From Vermamoeba vermiformis (lineage: Eukaryota), in the NCBI GenBank assembly GCA_045837725.1, contig JBEWZL010000119.1, positions 175,288 to 195,287 of the forward strand: a stretch of 20,000 nucleotides of DNA, read 5' to 3'. The notes under the pieces were generated by a model. That model was not told where the DNA came from. It did not search any database and was given only the letters and a program-made list of their open reading frames with translations. Shown piece by piece: positions 16,001-20,000 of this stretch. Each line of letters opens with the position of its first letter. The first letter of the stretch is position 1. The position numbers and the translations under genes are program-made.

Positions 16001-16862
16001 TTCTTGTCGATCAGAGTTGGAGCCTGGAACTCACTACACAATTGTTCCTTATGCTAAGGCCGAAGAGGTCGAAGGAGACTTCCAAGTCATTGTCTTCAGC
16101 GACAAGAAGACTATTGAAGCTAAGGAACTCAAGCCTTGGAAACACGAGGCTGGCGTCTTTGGCGAGTGGATCGGCAAAACTGCTGGTGGATCTCAAGGTG
16201 GCAACGAGGCTGGCTCACCTTTGACTTGGAAGAACAACGTGTAAGTGCTTCATACTATTTTTAGCTCATTTTTCCGTTGCGCAAATCCGGATTTCAAATC
16301 TAACAGATTCTTGAGAATGAAACTTTTATATGTAGTTTAATATTGATACTAATGAATATGATTTATTATAGATTCTACGAGGTTGCTTTGCCTAAGGCAG
16401 AGAAGTGCCACTTCTGCGTGTTCTTATCGCAAGAGAAGGATGCGACTCCGAGATTGTTAGGCGCTGCTGATTATAAGATTGTGCCTTATAATATTCATAT
16501 TGGTTTCTACCTCTATGACCGAAGTAAGTATTTTAGAGTAATTAAGAAGGGCCTTATGCTACATCCGCATCCACTTTCAGACCGAATCTGATTCTGCAGA
16601 ATGAAATCTTTGTTTGATTTTATTTAGTTATGATAATATTATAGATACTAATGTCTTCTATTTAATAGCTGTCAGCAAGCTCATCGATCAAACTGACAAG
16701 TGGCTCAACTCCCGCGACATCTACAAACATTTTACCTTGGATACCACGCAACGTAATCACATTGTGGTTATTCCGACTACATTCAAGGCTGGTCAAGAAG
16801 CTAATTTCCGATTGCAAGTTTACTGCGACGAAGGACCTGTTTCCATCACCGAAAAATCGTAA
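13054..16862 (+). CDS. K/E-rich N-terminus + C2 domain + ankyrin repeats + two calpain domain III (C2L)-like domains; 10 exons (13054-13537, 13617-13746, 13918-14016, 14142-14274, 14466-14712, 14934-15352, 15460-15688, 16015-16240, 16372-16523, 16669-16862)
   Basis: C2: YYVHAYLD..HKSSV..WDD..VRVRLFEK..VGEA..DQWYPL..KGEIKLQILY. Ankyrin: GLTALHLA, HTPLHYAA, GDTPAHVA. Calpain III: YTIVPY, VFGEWIGKTAGG, IGFYLY, IVVIPTTFKAGQEANFRLQVY. All splice junctions keep frame. Confidence 0.88.
13300..13407 (+). repeat. Coding tandem repeat, 24-nt unit encoding KPEVKE(E/D)K, about 4.5 copies
   Basis: Translation KEVKEEKKPEVKEDKKPEVKEEKKPEVKKEEKKPEE. Confidence 0.9.
15813..15900 (+). ncRNA. Intronic box C/D snoRNA, predicted LSU rRNA 2'-O-methylation guide (snR47/SNORD36C-equivalent site)
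   Basis: Terminal stem AGTGGA/TCCACT; box C ATGATGA 15819-15825; D' ATGA 15836-15839; C' CGATGA 15863-15868; box D CTGA 15891-15894. The guide GAATTTCTTCAC is complementary to conserved LSU GUGAAGAAAUUC. It lies in sense orientation in the gene's longest intron (15689-16014). Confidence 0.9.
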
Positions 16863-18317
16863 AATGCGAGAAAACCACATCCGGGTAATTCTGGAGTTTA
16901 AGCCGCTGCAAGCATAATGTATACTTTAAATCGTATATTATGTTAATGTACGCGGGTTAGATTTGAGACTTACTCGATCACTTGTAGAGATAAATCCGAT
17001 CCGAAGACGATCGGCAAACAAAATCAAACCCCTTTTATTTATTTAACTAGTAATATAATAAACAATATTAAACCTATGTAAAACTTGCCTGTGACTACTC
17101 GATGAGTGCGCCATTAAGTTGTATTCCTACTATATAGCTGGGCATTGAAGTGTTAGTCGGGTGGTACAAAAGTAACTTGCGCTGGTGAGATTTTTCCTTA
17201 TTTGGAAACTAATTAACTTTTCAAATTTCAGTTAACAACCATAGAGGCACGGACGGATCATCTTCCATTTTCCGATAAATTGGTTTTTTTCTCGATCTAG
17301 ATTCGCTGAACCAGTACCACGATATTTCTTGCAAACAAATTCTACACATACATGAGTCAGATACGTGCCCGTGAAAGCGGACGAATATGCATACTGGAAC
17401 CAAGCTCTCTGAATCGTTAAAAGCACTCGCGATCTGCTTGTCGTTTTCAAATAGGACTAACCATGGCGCTATGGTCGTCGCTTCGGTTTCGATATTCAAT
17501 TCATTAGTGCCAAGCATTGTAAGAACGACACGAAGTATTGATCTGACGCGTTTAAATTAATAAAATTAATGAAGGAAGAAAGTACCGAATTTTGTTTGAT
17601 TAAGCAAATTACTAATTCGAATTACGGTTATTATTCTGTCCTTGGAAAACACTAAAAGATTTATACTTTGAATTGCTGCTTACCGTGCCCCCTTGACTTC
17701 GTGCAAAGTTTGCTAGCCAACAGCAACAAAAGTCTCTTTGTATTATGAAGCGTCTCAAAGAACCGGTTATTATTGTCTCTTTACACCGCTTCTTTAACAT
17801 AACACATTACATAACGCGTCGGCAAATCGCCGCTGACATTTGACGGTAGTTAAAAAAGATAAGCGACCATATACTCGGCTGATGTGGTTTAATATTATGG
17901 CAGTATATGGTGGTAACATAGTAGTGCGGATAAACAAATTCTAACGCGTTAGATCCTGTCGGTTTTTTTCCTACGCCCAGATTATTTATGATTACCTTGT
18001 CTGTACTTTAAAGCAAACCAATGCGAACTTGCTTTACTTGTCTTTATTTTTAAGTCGCTGGATGTCACAAACTCGATTTTAAAGCGGGAGATCTGTCACC
18101 GAGAGGAAATTTAAAGTTTAACACTAGTTCTTAACTATGTAGCTTTACTATGCGAGGTACTAATAATGCCGAGAGTATGGACATCAACGATCCACGTTGC
18201 GGAAAACTTGGTTGCGATTGGTCGTTTATTTTGTTTTGACAAGTTGACACTGCAAAAACCGATGTTTCGATACCGATGCCATTATCTATCACAAACTCGA
18301 ATTCGAAACCACACTCG

Positions 18318-20000
18318 ATGAACTTACGTAAGCCAAGAAATACAATAATTTATCCCGCACAGCCAATTCTTTTCGGTCTTATAAGACGAAGGTTAATTTT
18401 AATAATTAATTTATTTATTTAGGTTTATTTTGGGTATTATTGCTTGCAATTTACATCCCTCCGTACTTGTGTCAAGTATTAAAAGCAGTCCCTGGCGCTC
18501 GTACCGATCCAGTTTCGTGGTTGGATCTCAACGGTAAATTTTGGATTTTCGGAGGCAAGGGCTACAGCAACACTACTTCGAGGTACAACCTCAATGGATA
18601 TTCAGGAATTTTCAATGATCTGTGGCGATACGATCCATTGCTGGACGAGTGGACTTGGATGAAAGGCTCGTACCTTGTGAACGAACCAGCGCAGTTTGGC
18701 TCGCAAGGAGTACCAGCAGATAGCAATATTCCTGGTGGACGAACGAATGCTGCCTCGTGGACTGGTTCTGATGGATCGCTCTGGCTCTTTGGTGGGACTG
18801 GTCTCACTGCTGCAAATGATCCTTTTCCACCTTCAGTAGGTCGTTTAAATGACCTCTGGAAGTACACTCCCTCCACCAATCAATGGACGTGGATGGGAGG
18901 CTCAACCTCAACAAGCCAACCTGGAAACTATGGAACTCAAGGAGTCCCCTCACCATCCAATTTTCCAGGTGCCAGATCATATTCAGGGTCATGGACTGAC
19001 TCAAATGGAACATTTTGGTTGTTTGGAGGAAGTGGGGGTATGATCTTGCTTGTCTCCATTGCAAATTCTAACAAAGTATACAGACCACTTCTTAAATGAC
19101 ATCTGGCAGTACAACCCCTCCACTCAGTTGTGGGTGTGGGTCAGTGGCAACAATACAATTGCTGAAGTGGCAAGATATGGCACACAAGGAGTCCCATCAT
19201 TGTTCAGCAATCCTGGCTCAAGAAGCAGCTTTACCTCAAGTGCAGATTACACTAGCACATTTTGGTTATTTGGAGGTACCATTTCAGGGGCATTTGTTGG
19301 CGACTTATGGAAGTACAATCCAACGATGAATGAATGGACTTGGATGAGTGGAAACAGTACCCAATTTCTAGGTGGAGAGTATGGTATTCTAGGAGTGCCA
19401 TCAGACTCTGCACGGCCTGGTGCACGATGGTCTGGCCAGGCTTGGAATGACCTTAATGGAACATTTTGGTTGTTTGGAGGTTATGGCTATGTTAACGCTA
19501 CTAGTAAGTCAATTTCAACCCATTCACAATATACAGCCTGATTTTCATAGACCAGGGCTTATTGAATGACCTCTGGAGGTACACTCCCTCCACCAATCAA
19601 TGGACATGGATGGGAGGATCAAATTCAACAACCCAACCTGGAAACTATGGAACTCAAGGAGTCCCCTCAGTGGCCAACATACCAACTGCACGATATAGTT
19701 CTACCTCACAGATAGGCATGGATGGAACAGTTTGGTTGTTTGGTGGTTCTTTTTATGATCCATCCTATGGACCTGGTGAGTGAAGTGGTAAAAAGTTTTT
19801 GAAATAATTTGCTTATGCCAGTCATTTAGCTTATCTTAATGACCTGTGGAGATTCAACACTTCTTCTAATGAATGGACTTGGGTGAGTGGCAGCAACACT
19901 ACATTTCAATTGGGAGTTTATCTGACACCTCCTTCACTGCCCACACCTGCAAACAATCCAACAGAAGAGCCTCTACCAAACTCTGCTCCCCCAGTGGAAG
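18318..20000 (+). CDS. Secreted kelch/galactose-oxidase-like beta-propeller with Pro-rich linker (continues off window); exons 18318-18327, 18423-19037, 19084-19503, 19551-19775, 19830-20000
   Basis: Signal-peptide-like MNLRLFWVLLLAIYIPPYLC; repeated PGAR..W...G.FWLFGG..LNDLWKY.P...WTWM.GS units; ends in TPPSLPTPANNPTEEPLPNSAPPVE. Confidence 0.9.
18848..19669 (+). repeat. Near-identical 105-nt internal duplication (18848-18952 and 19565-19669)
   Basis: Codon-by-codon comparison gives 99/105 identical nucleotides with no gaps. Confidence 0.95.

Noticed and set aside
18065-18300. Direct repeat TCACAAACTCGA at ~18065 and ~18289 upstream of the kelch gene
   Set aside because: Two 12-nt copies with no further structure; insufficient support.

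Overview
AT-rich, intron-dense eukaryotic DNA with GT-AG introns mostly 45-130 nt; probably a free-living protist, possibly amoebozoan (inference). Hand-spliced genes in order: a partial DUF676 lipase/serine esterase (-), a class V PLP aminotransferase of the Egt2/cysteine desulfhydrase type (+), a candidate 44-aa N-myristoylated microprotein inside a duplicated promoter block (+), an F-box/LRR-like/WD40 protein (+), mitochondrial-type isoleucyl-tRNA synthetase (-), a C2-ankyrin-tandem calpain domain III protein (+), and a partial secreted kelch propeller (+). The most notable non-coding features sit in the longest introns: an intact 5S rRNA gene in sense orientation inside an IleRS intron, a box C/D snoRNA with an LSU rRNA guide, and a MITE-like hairpin that shares a TGACACGTGTCA palindrome with the 5S upstream region. 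The kelch gene shows an abrupt switch from CpG-rich to CpG-depleted sequence. All models were derived by eye; no database searches were run.
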